From: Marsupella aquatica
Lineage: Eukaryota; Plantae; Marchantiophyta
NCBI GenBank assembly: GCA_973895155.1
Contig: OZ316898.1
Location: 1,773,927-1,837,926 of the forward strand
Direction of reading: 5' to 3'
Length of the DNA: 64,000 nucleotides
Position numbers and translations under genes: made by a program. Under the pieces are notes generated by a model. The model searched no databases. It was not told the origin of the DNA and saw only the letters and a program-made list of their open reading frames with translations. Below, piece after piece: positions 50,561 to 61,899 of this stretch (positions are counted from its first letter, which is position 1; each line of letters starts with the position of its first letter).

Positions 50561-52099
50561 GACTCTCAGTCAGCGTTCAGGGGGTCACTATGGCGAGCAA
50601 CAATTCCTGACTGTGAATGAATAAAGCAATCAAACTGTTGCCGCTCACAGAATCGCTTCTTCTTCTTCTTCTTGTCTTCACCGCTTTCAATGATTTGCTC
50701 CCAGTTGGAAGGCACGCCGAGGAACGATTGAATGCCTGTTGCGCACAATTCAATCCAAACCCATGACAGAGAGAAGACAGGAGGCGCATTCCACCATCGA
50801 ATCAATTCCCTTCAATTCATCCGATTCCATCGCCACTCGTTCGAAAGTTCGCTCTCAGACCAAAACTGGGAAATCGTTGAAGAAAGCAACGAATCTACTT
50901 CAAACTTGGGCATTGCATTCGTCTCTGTCTAAGTGCACAAATCCTCGAGAAAGAGCATCTATTGTGCAATAAACCGGGCTTTTCACTACTTGATAAGTGC
51001 AAACCCACAAAACTGTGCACTTGTCAATAAGAGTGTATTACTATACATCTTTTTTGTTAATTAACTGTGCAATTCTCCTCCATTGGTGATCCTAACTCCC
51101 CGGCCTAAATTGAACATCCCTGCCCTAAGTGCCCTTATTTGGGTCCCATACTCCATAAGTGCAATTTTTACTCTTCTCACTAACTGAAATTTGATAAGAT
51201 TGTGCTTTTTTGCAATGAGTGTTCATGTGTACTTATCAAAGGTTTGCACTTTAAAGTCCAGCTTAGCTGAAAATCAGGCCGGTTTGCACTTGCAAAATGT
51301 GCAGAAAAATGAAGGGGGAAGAATTATTGACGGTCACCTAGATCCACCAGGTTTTGCTCTGCAAGCCATAAACAATCATGTAGCCTAGATCCACCAGGTT
51401 TTGCTTTGCAGTGGCACTTTATTGGCAAGCCACAAACAATCTGCTAATAAGCAACATAAGGCTGTCCCTGAAGCTTTCAGAGGACAATAGAGTTTTTTTT
51501 TTTTTTGGCCAGTTGTTTGCAAGCCCTAGACAATCAACAATATGTTACCCCACCAAAACCTTTTGTTGCGTGCTTACAAACTTGAAAGGAGGGAACTAGA
51601 TCCAGGTGTGAAATGGGTTCTAGCACGTAGACATATGAAGCATGATGAGAGGTGTGTGATGTGGAGAAGAGGTGGAATTTGATTTATTTAAGTTTATTTT
51701 TTACTTCTGATCTTGCTCACTATTTCTTCCTGTCGTTTACTAATATGTTGGAGGGAAGGGGGTGGTGTTGGTTTCTGCTTTTCTTTTTGGGCTTTTAGTA
51801 AATGTAGTGGGGAAGGAGAACTTTAGCATAGGCATCTAAAACAGATGTGGAGGGGTGCCAAAGTAATCTAAAATCTAAATTATGCAACTGATGCACCTTG
51901 ATATGGCACAGTGAAGTAAAAATTAACAACAAAAATTATTGGTAAGACAAAACACTGGAAGGTGGGATTGGTCTCCATTGGTCATATAGCAGTGTCAACA
52001 TAGGATATAGCATGTACATCAGCAATGTCAGAATATTGGATATAGCAACTATGGTCCCATAGTTGAGAGGAATTCCATAGGAAATCAGTAGGATTTGCT

Positions 52100-52470
52100 T
52101 GTCCCCGCCCCCCCCCCCCCCCCCCCCCCCCGTTTACCTTCAATGCAGGGGCAAGGAAAGCAGTAGGTACCCCCGTGAGTCACCCATTTACTTTCCATTA
52201 TCATGCACAAGGTGCAATGAGTCACCAATTTACTTTCCATTATCATGCACAAGGTGCAATGAAACTGAGGCATTTAGCTGTCTTAATTTGCATTGAACTG
52301 GTGGTGCGGTTGCAAGAAGCAAAATCACAGCATCCTATGAGGCAGACTAGCATATATCTCACTGGCACAAGGAAACAAACAATTCCTAGTTCAATACGCA
52401 TCAATTCAATACAGCATATTACAAGGAAACAAACAATTCCTAGTTCAATATGCATCAATTCAATACAGCT
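52100..52470. repeat. Poly-C tract followed by serial tandem duplications
   Basis: About 24 C at 52108-52131; ~43-bp repeat GAGTCACC.ATTTACTTTCCATTATCATGCACAAGGTGCAAT twice; ~54-bp repeat ACAAGGAAACAAACAATTCCTAGTTCAATA..CATCAATTCAATACAGC twice. Confidence 0.85.
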
Positions 52471-52494
52471 ATATTACAACTACAACTGCCAGTG

Positions 52495-52885
52495 TCAAGT
52501 GGTGGGAGTCCTGGTTTCTTCTCAACCCTAGCTGGTTCACTTTGGGCTCTGGTCCAACCCTCTCTCAGTCCCGGTCCTGGGTATGACCCCCCTTGTGGGC
52601 TATTACAACTACAACTGCCAGTGTCAAGTGGTGGGATTCCTGGTTTCTTCTCAGTCCTAGCTCAGCTAAACTCTGGGCTCTGGTCCAACCTTCTCTCCCT
52701 CCTGGTCCTGGGTATGACCCCCCTTGTCCCCTCCAGAGGTGCATGCTCTGGTCCAACCCTCCCTCCATCCTGCTCCAGGGTATGACCCCCCTTGTGGGCT
52801 ACCCTACAGAGGTGCATGCTCCCGAGTTGATCTTCTATCCTTTTGTTGGATGGGTCAGCTTTTGGGTTTTGAAGGCAAAAAAAAG
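52495..52885 (+). mobile_element. 5'-truncated, internally duplicated copy of the SINE family at 19597
   Basis: Shares GTGGTGGGAGT...CCTGGGTAT..CCCCTTGTGG.CTACCCTACA...TGCATGCTCC...CTATCCT...TTGGATGGG...GGTTTT.AAGGCAAAAAAAA with the 19.6-kb SINE. A ~130-bp duplication at 52471-52730. Confidence 0.75.
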
Positions 52886-53444
52886 TAGTTATGCATAGAC
52901 AAAAGCTTGTAAAGAACAGCAAATAACCGCGAGTCTCTCTGACCTCGCCATTTCTGGGCTTCAAAGTCAGACCCAGAATCAGATTCTCTTTAGAGCACAA
53001 TGTTCCATTTGCATTTTCTTCGATTTGCACAGCTTTGCCTGGATCCAAGTTGATACGTTTATATAATTTTAATTCCATAAAATTTCTCACACCTTCATGA
53101 TGAGAAATTGGCTGCCAGGACCTGATGGTTGTCCCTGCGTGTCACATCAGGAGGCGCAATCCCTAAATCTGCTCAGAAAAGGCTGCTTCAATCAAGTTCA
53201 ATCACACAGCCGCTTGTCCTAGGTTCAAATCTCAAAATTGTTGGCCGGTGTTGTTATTCATCAATAGATGGGCACTGGTGGGTTATGCCGGCATTTGACG
53301 ACGTATTGTCGGGGTTGATCTTAATGTGCACTCTGCCCCACTTTCTCTATTCAGATATGCTGGTAACCTATTGCTGTCCTACTTTACAAGGATCTAACCT
53401 ACCTACTAGCACTTACTTGGTTGGTGGTATCTTGAAAAACCTAT

Positions 53445-56400
53445 TTAGTTAGCGCTTTCTGCATTCATGTCACCCCACCTTACGTTGTGCTTGGCAGCCA
53501 GGTAATGAGCACCAACGGGGCCTCGACTACCATATGGGTAAAGCTCTGGGGAGACCTTCTTGTCTTCAAGCTCTTTCAAAAGTGGGGTGAACAAAGCCCA
53601 AGCAGCATCAAGCTCATCGCTTCGGATAAATAATCGGCGCTCGCCCTCGATTGCATCCAGTAACAAGCGCTCATATGCATCGGGAATCTCGTGGGAATAC
53701 CTGGTGATCCATGACACATCCTTCTCATTAGACTGCATAGAGTGAAAAGGAATCCTCCCTTAAGGTAGATTACATTTTGCTCAAGAAAGCTGAACAAAGC
53801 AACCATCCAACCTCCTTTACCTGGAAGAATAATGTAGATTGAGATTGCTGCGGTCCAAGCGCATGCTTAATCCAGGGACTTTGTTGTTAATTTTCAAATA
53901 GATGGCTTCATCCGGTTGCACCCTGATAACAAGCTCATTGGTTGCTTGATCCAAGTCAGTTCCAAAGCTCTTCTTGTATAGGTTTCCAGGGACGTGTCTG
54001 AATTGCACCCTGATTTCAGCCCTGCAACAATTAAATCCCCAAATGCTCATTAGCTCGAGCTCGTATAGACGGAAGAGGCCGCGCATCAGAGCCACCTGGA
54101 AGCAGGATGGCCCAAACATCACATATATCTAAAATCCGATCAGCCAAATATGAAACCAGACAGAGATGAAGGTGTAAATCTCACGCAAGTAAGACCAGGA
54201 GGAAAAATGCAAGTTTGAATTGGGGACTGCACCTCTTGTTATGGAGGGCTTTCCCAGCCTTCATGAGGAATGGAACCCCATCCCATCTCGCATTGTCAAT
54301 GAACAACGCAGCTGCTGCAAATGTTGGTGTCAAACTATTATTTGGAACAGTTTTATCTTCTGTGTATGCGGGATACTTTACACCGCCTCGGACATGCCCC
54401 TTGTACTGTCCTATTACAACATCTTCAACATTCAAAACCCTCATCGATCGTAGAACTTTAACCTGCATAAATCCAGCACACTTCAGTTACTCCCAGTGTC
54501 CATGCACAAGTACTAAGGCCTGCATCAACTCCCCATGACATTACACTAGCCGCATCAGCCACTTAGAGAAAAAATGCCAGATAAGTCAGCAACGGATGGA
54601 GAGTGTGACCAGTCTTCCACCTTTTCGTTTCGAATATCTTCTGCATCTAAGCTGACGGGAGGCTCCATGGCAAAGAGCGCTAAAATTTGCAGAAGATGAT
54701 TTTGCATAATATCCCGAATGATTCCGTAGTGGTCAAAGTAACTGCAGTTGATCCATCCACACCACAATTCCAGCTTCCAGTTAAATGAAAGACATCAAAT
54801 TCCAGTCATAGAATTGCATCAAATCACTCCCAGGCAGGAACAAACGGCACATTTACAATCAAAAGAAGGTGAAAAAGAACAGAAGACTAAGGAGTTAAAA
54901 AAATAACAAACACAACATTGACTAGTATAAAAAAGACCAATGCGAAGTCTTACCCTCCCCTCCCTTCTGTTCCAAAATCCTCGGAGAAAATGAGCTGCAC
55001 GTTGCGAATGTACTGCCTGGACCACAAGGGCTCAAATACAAGATTGGAAAATCGCAGAATTGAAAGATTCTCCACCAGCTCCTTTCCCAGGTAATGATCA
55101 ATTCTGCGATTGACATGCGACCATCAGAGAGAGCTTGTTTACTTATCGGAGTCTCCACAGAAAATCCAGGACCTCGCAACGATCAAAGAGTCAGTGATCG
55201 AGTCAAACCAGAGCTGCACTGCCAACAAGTGCTAAATTTTGGGGCCATTCTTAAACTGACCTGTATATTTGCTCCTCGGTGAGATACTCTTTCAAGCCCC
55301 TTGTCAACTCTGCAGATGACTGTGCATCACGACCGAAGGGTTTCTCCACAATGACTCTAGTCCAGCCATGAGGGGCAGAAGCCCCAAGGCTAGCAGATCT
55401 GGCAACATCAATGAAGATATTTGGCGGAATGGACAAGTAAAATAATCGGTTGGCAACTCTCCCAACCTACGGGCACCAAAACACATATTTAAGATTACTT
55501 CAGTCCACTTCATTGCGTGATTGTACCAGTACACCCAGAGCTTTAAAATGTCTTCAAATGAGAACCAATAGTATTGAGGAATTCTTTGAGCTACGATTGT
55601 TTCTTCCAGACACTCTGGGTTTGTCTATCCCAACCTACATAGGATCCGCCTTGTACAAGGCGGATCACAAACAAATCTCACCGCGTATGTAGGCGACCCA
55701 GAACATACCTCATGCTTCTTCAGTTCTGTATCAAGCTTCTTGAAGTCCTCTTCCGAGCCATACTGGCCTGGTTGATAGAAGCACCGCTGCAAAAATTTGT
55801 CAATTTTGTCGCCACAATTTTCCCTGAAACGAAAATATTTCATTCTAGATTAGTGCGAGACATAATTTTATAATGTGGATCCACTTTTAAAGCTCTAGCA
55901 GGATACCTAGATCGCTTCTAGCAACTCTGACCATCACAAAGGATGCTGAGGCATATCCCAAACAAATGATTGAAGAGATCTACCTCTGGTCAATTCGACA
56001 AGTTAAAGTACCAACGACCATGTCACGCAACTCTTCATGAGTCATCTTGCTCCTGGCATATCCAAAAATGGTGAAGTGCTGCATCACGAAAGAATATTCA
56101 TGATTGAAAGAGGAAGCATTCCAAGGTCATAATTGGGCAACAAGACTGGAAAACCAACCTAACTGCTAATCGCTATCTTTAGAATGAATCTTGTTGCCCC
56201 ACCTCTACACTCCGAGGCAAAGGCAATTCTACTATACAATTAACCACTTTCACTCCAACCTAGGAAGTGCTTGGTCACATGCCACAAAAACCCAAGTCAA
56301 AACGAAGCCACATCAAGGAGATAAAATTGACCTTGGGGAGGCAGCCCTCGTAAAACAATGCAAACAAAGCCGGAAATATTTTCTTTTTTGCCAAGTCTCC

Positions 56401-56918
56401 AGAAGCGCCAACCACCGTCACAGTGACTGTTTGTTCACCATCCACAGTTTCACCAATTTGATTTTTGAAGTCTTGCTTGAGGTTAGTACCAGTTGATTTC
56501 GTTGGTTTTTTATCTGCGACCAATACCCCTACACCTGTTCCACCAAATCATCGTACAGTGAGAAGACTTGAGAGATCGCCCACAACAAGGAATAACACAG
56601 CATCGCAAGCCTTGCTGAGAGACACTGCAAGAAAATGATTGTTTGAAATGAACAAAACTCACCTTCACTACCGGATGTAAGAGTGGCAGATGATGCAGCA
56701 GCAGCAGCGGAGGTCTCTAGCGCTCGCACTCGGCCGGAGCCATTCTGCCCGGAAGATCGTACCCGATGAGACAGGACGTTCGTCTTGACCACCTCTGGGC
56801 TAGCGTGGGCAGTGAGGGACACATTTTGTCCAAGCGAAATCAGCTTGGTGTTGAGTGTCGGCAGTGCAGATGTGTGCCTCACAATCGCCCCCGCCTGAGC
56901 TGCGATGGAAGCCGCCAT
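53445..56918 (-). CDS. G6PD: Plastidic glucose-6-phosphate dehydrogenase (P-type), multi-exon
   Basis: Ala/Ser-rich transit peptide; [14 protein letters not shown] site; LTCRIDQR|ENC redox cysteine pair typical of plastidic isoforms; RIDHYLGKE; EKPFG; DIMQNHLLQ; NARWDGVPF; AYERLLLD. Confidence 0.96.
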
Positions 56919-58639
56919 TGTCTCCCCTCTCCACTCTTCTTTTCAGTAAACAACGTCGTCTCTCTCCTTTCGACCACAGGCCACGAAACTTCAGGTGTCC
57001 TAAGGTCGAGTTCCTACTTCACCGCCTCTGCAATCAAACACACAGAACATTGTCTCAGACTTTGACGCTATTAAAGAGGTCCCAAGAATTTCTCAGTCAT
57101 CCTCTTGGAAACGATACATGACTGTACTGGATTTTCCTCTGTATAGCATACGGGACCCAATTATGAGTCATGGGAAACATCGCCACATCCCTGTATTCCT
57201 GAAGTCTTAATCATAATACATCTACATCAAAATCCAACTTCATTTCTGTGATTGCCATATCGAAAACTACAGTGTCGGATTTCTGTTCTTGCGATCATTT
57301 CGAAACAAAAGTAAAGATCTTATGCGCTCCCTCTAGACAGGCACTTCTGATAAACATCAAGGTTCTGCCGCCGCACTAGACGAGCCCTTAAGACTAGTGC
57401 CTCTAACGTTCTCTCTGATCAGAGCCACCACTTAGGCTGTACGGCGAGAATTTTGCCGTTTTCTCATGACCAAAACGGAGAGCAATCTTCAAGGCGTCAA
57501 CAACAACGACGACGCAGTAGATGACGGCCATAACTCTCCTGTCTAACCAAATTCGAGAGGGAAACAAAAACCGAAAATCCAAGCACTGAAGAACAGACCA
57601 ACAAGATTAATTCCACTTATGGCAGAGGCAGCTCAAATTCGACACTGTAAAATCACACGAAAAAATGACCTGTGAAGTCACAGAAACCTACTATGTAAAG
57701 AGTGAAAGCGCTCTCATCGCCCTTATGGCTCCCTCAATGGCCACAATTGAAGAGATCCCCAAAGTCTAGGTAGAAAGGCAGCTGCTGCCCCGAGCCTGCC
57801 CCTCTCCGTCTGTCGAAGAATCCTCGGTGATAGAAGAGCAAAACACTGCAGTTCCAAGGGGCACAAAATAGCTCGTCTTCCGCACGACACAGTCTCCAAT
57901 CCTGAGGAGAGAATCCAAAGACGTCTCTCCGTTCCCCTCTCGCAAACGAACTGGACGAGAGAGAGAGCGTCGATGGAATGAAAGCAACCTAAGTTGCTGC
58001 TGCAGATGTCTTCCCTCGCTGAGACAGTCACGAGCAGCCACCCAGGGAAGAAGCGAGAGAACGTAACGTCCAATGCTTACAGTCTGGAATTCACCAAAGG
58101 CCGAGAGAATCGCACCGCGGGAGAGACCTGCGAGGTGGCGACAAGCGGACGAACCGAAGAAGCGAGACGACGGAACCTCCCTACCACTGTTTCCACTTTA
58201 CGGAACGAAGCGAATTTTTTTCCAGCGCCTCCCAAAGAATCGAGCGGGCGACAAGCGGACCAAAGGAAACAGGAGCCGGAGAAAACAAGAGCGAGAGAGC
58301 GAAGCTGTTGTTTCTTTCTCTGTCTGGATTTCACGTGCAATTCTCAAACCCACAAAGCAAACTACTGAAGAACTGAAGTGAGAGGAGAGGAGAGGAGAGG
58401 AGAGGAGAGGAGAGATGCTCGCTGCGTCCCAAGAGCATCAATCAAATCAAATAAAAAATCAGCAGGAGCAGGAGCAGAAGCAGAAGCGCACCCACGCCAA
58501 CAACAACAGCAGCTCCGAAATCGCTGTCTGTCGTTCGATTTCTATTCCTTCGGAGGCGGAGGCGGAGGCGTCATCGCGGTGACGCGGTGGGTATTTGGAG
58601 CAGAGGGATCAGAATCGGACTGGAATTATCAATGCCATG

Positions 58640-59225
58640 GCTCGAAGGGCAGGGAAGGGACGGTCAGGGCAGCGGACGGGAACGGCAGGGAAGGCTCCAT
58701 GGGACGGGAAGGGACGGGAAGGCTCGAAGGGAAGGGAAGGGCCGGTAAGGGCAGGGGACGGGAAGGGCAGGGAAGGCTCCATGGGACGGAAAGGGATGGG
58801 AAGGGACGGGAAGAGACGGTAGGGGCAGGGGACGGGAAGGGACGGTAGGGGCAGGGGACGGGAAGGGACGGGAAGGGAAAGGAAGGGGAAGGGAAGGAAG
58901 GGCTCCAAGGGAAGGGAAGGGAAGGGAAGGGAAGGGAAGGGAAGGGAAGGGAAGGGAAGGGAACGGCAAGGAACGGGACGGGAAGGGACGGTAACGGCAA
59001 GGGACGGGAACGGACGGCTCGAAGGGACGGCTCGAAAGGACGGGAAGGGACGGGAAGGGCAGGGGAGGGGAAAGGAAGGGAAGGGAAGGCTCGAAGGGAA
59101 GGGAAGGGAAAGGCACGGGAGGGGAGGGGAATGGAAGGGAAGGCAAGGCTCGAAGGGAGGGGACTGGAAAGGAAGGGCGGGGAGGCAAATGGACGGGAAG
59201 GCTCGAAGGAAGGGAAGGGCAGGGC
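58640..59225. repeat. Polypurine/polypyrimidine satellite (GGGAA/GGGAC)n with a GAAGGCTCGAAGG higher-order motif; (GAGAG)n at 58380-58412
   Basis: About 590 bp of almost purely purine top strand. Source of the spurious Pro/Ser/Phe-rich ORFs. Confidence 0.92.
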
Positions 59226-59340
59226 GCCCTGTTCGCAATTCTTCAAATGTCCGGATAACAGGACCCACGTGGCCCCCCGCACCTGTCAACCCGGATCTGG
59301 GGTTAGACTCTCCCTTTACAATATTTAGTGTCACTAAATA

Positions 59341-60476
59341 ATTAGTGTTACACAAATTAATTATGAATTGCTCTTGAATTTGAGCCAAGTGACACTATTT
59401 ATTGTCATCCTCAATTTAAATATGTATATATATATTGAAAAATATTGATAATGAGAAGTTGCAATGTTGTTGGTGGTAACCCTAGACTCGACTCACTCCA
59501 AAGATATCCAGACTACCAAGGACATCTTTTTTTGTGTAAAATTGTAAAATGTTTTACTTGTGTTTTAGCTTGTCAGTCTTTGTGAAAGGTTGACAAAGAT
59601 AGCATGATATATATTGCCCATGATAGCTGGATTTGCTGGAGCAAGAAAGATAATCAAGACTATGGTGTTGTAATGTGCATCTCCTTTTGCCAATGCTTGT
59701 TACACGAAAAACATTTTATAGTGTATCAAAAGATTCTGTTCTTTTCTTGAAGCAACATCTAAAATGTACATTCCATACTCACTTCTCATGGTTATAAAGC
59801 ACATTTTCATTGAGGATCAATGAATGGAGAAATTTACAAAGTCAACTGATTTTGTGAATGTTTGTGCATTTTCTGCAATCAGTGATGATAAATCTTTGAT
59901 TTCTCCTTGATTACTCGATGATAGTGTGGATCCTGGTACCATTAGAAGCTTTCGAGATGTGAGAATATCCTAGCAAAGTATCGAGTGAATTTTGAAGGGA
60001 GTTGAATTGGCCTTCACATTGAGGCTACTATTGAAATGAATCCTGATGTTGGTGAACCAAGTGAAGAGCCAGCTCAAACTACTACTCTTGGGACTGCATG
60101 CATTCTCGCAAGCTTGAAACACAGGGGATAGGTTTAGGAGAGTCAACAGGTGTTAGTTTGTAGCTTATGTAAAACAACATGTGTAATTCTTGGTTGATAG
60201 AAATGAATCAAACTGTGATTTTGTGCTCTGTAATAATGGGTTCATAAATTTCTGAATTGTGTTCAATGTGTGAGTAGTACATGTAAATTTTGTAAACTCC
60301 AATCAAATATATTTTCAGTTTTCATAAGCACATTTTGATTATTGTCCATTTTGTTTTTATAGTTTAAGTGTGTGTGAGACTATTTAACTTGTGACCACAA
60401 TTAATGTCACACATCCTCATTAGTGTCACTTGTCTCAAATATAATCCCCCATTAAATTGAGTGTGTGACACTGAAT
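59341..60476. mobile_element. Possible degraded Mutator-like element with long imperfect TIRs
   Basis: AGTGTTACACAAATTAATT...ATTTGAGCCAAGTGACACTA (~59343-59397) versus TAGTGTCACTTGTCTCAAAT...AATTGAGTGTGTGACACT (~60421-60472). AT-rich interior with a CSLCK fragment. No TSD confirmed. Confidence 0.4.
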
Positions 60477-61899
60477 ACCATGAAGAGTATACAACAATTA
60501 AAGACTACTGGTGTTTCATTATGAGATATTTTGTCAATCATTTATGGTATAGTATATATACGACTACTGGTGTTTCGTTATGAGATATTTATTTTGTCAA
60601 TCATTTCTGGTCAACCTATGTATGAAGGGAGCTTGTTTCATTTTGAGGTATTTTGTCCATCATTTATGGTCTACCCTGTGTATGCAGGGAAGCCATAGAG
60701 GGAAGGCAAAATATTTCAAAACCAAATGAACAGGCACCCCTAACTACACGTTAAGGATATTTGAGTGATTTAAGCATTGATTTATCCACTCACTAATGCC
60801 CTACATGGATGTAGGATTCGAAGGGATTTTCGAGCGGAACTTTGTGTCATATGTAGGCCGTATGAAGTATTGTCAAAATTGTGAAATGTAGTCATGGCTG
60901 AAAGTGCTTGTAAGGTAACAACTCGAAGCCTTAAAAATTGGAAAAAGTGAAGAATCACCCAAACCATCTTAAGGGTACAGTAGTGAGTGGTCTAGTAAAT
61001 ATTAGATTTGTGAATGGTTTATACAGGGAGTCTAGACCCTCTAGTCTAAACCCTCAAAATATCAAGGGGAGAATTTTTTTTAACTAACAAATTCATGTCA
61101 TAAAATTTAATCAGGACAAAAGTTTAGGGTTATGGCCAAACATCGTCATCCGAAACTATGATTATATTCCATCATGCAGGAGAGGAGCCTTTTTCTAACT
61201 GTTTCTGTCATAGGAGGTCATTATTAACGTTAGAAGAATCTCTTAAATTCATGTTCAACGTAGTCCTATAGCTTTTGAAACTTCAGAAGTTCCCTCAAGT
61301 GGTTTTCTTCATGGACATTTTTTCTGTCGTTAGGATAGGTTGAATGTATAGGATAATAATACAGGTCGGTCTGGGTTTCTAGCACCAGAGTTGATATGTA
61401 TATATCTCACTAACAAAGGTTAAAAGAGTCAAACTGGGAGATATGATCCCAAACCCAAAAAGACCCAATAAATGGAGGGAGGTAAAGCAAAAAGACTGCA
61501 AAGGACCATAGAGGCACAACAAGCTAGAGAGACCCCCTACTGTAAATAACACAAGGACATAAAGCCTAAAAAGTAGTCTAGTAGACTAATACCCTACTGG
61601 AAAGAAAATTGAAAGGCATGGTAAAGCTCAGGAATAAACCCTATAAAAGGGTCCCAAAGAGTTTAGAATGAGCTCTTTGCTGAAAAATGCGGTGTGCACC
61701 AAATCGAGCTCGATTACATGAGGTGATATCGGCGGATTGCTTTATAGGTTACATAAAGCGTGTTGCAACAAGAGGCTGTGTGCACCGTTAGCTTATCGGT
61801 AACATCTAGGACACACATCCTATATGTGGAATTCCCTGTCCTGTAGAAAATAATCACAACCAAATCATTTCCGCTGGCGCAGGTAGTTCAATTCTCTTG

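Noticed and set aside
50971-51290. Degenerate inverted repeat (AAGTGCAAACC / GGTTTGCACTT) upstream of SEC20
   Set aside because: Possibly an old MITE, but the arms are too decayed and no TSD defines it.
16196-56918. Terpene biosynthetic gene cluster including G6PD as NADPH supplier
   Set aside because: G6PD is a conserved plastidic housekeeping gene about 35 kb away, and no tailoring enzymes are present.
53560-57121. Plus-strand ORFs antisense to G6PD (likewise those antisense to IFT140, SEC20, MTPSL and copia)
   Set aside because: Shadow ORFs of real coding exons with no independent evidence.
58378-59388. Long overlapping ORFs (up to 259 aa) of PFPSL/GREG repeats
   Set aside because: Open in several frames only because the GGGAA satellite lacks stop codons; no coding signal.
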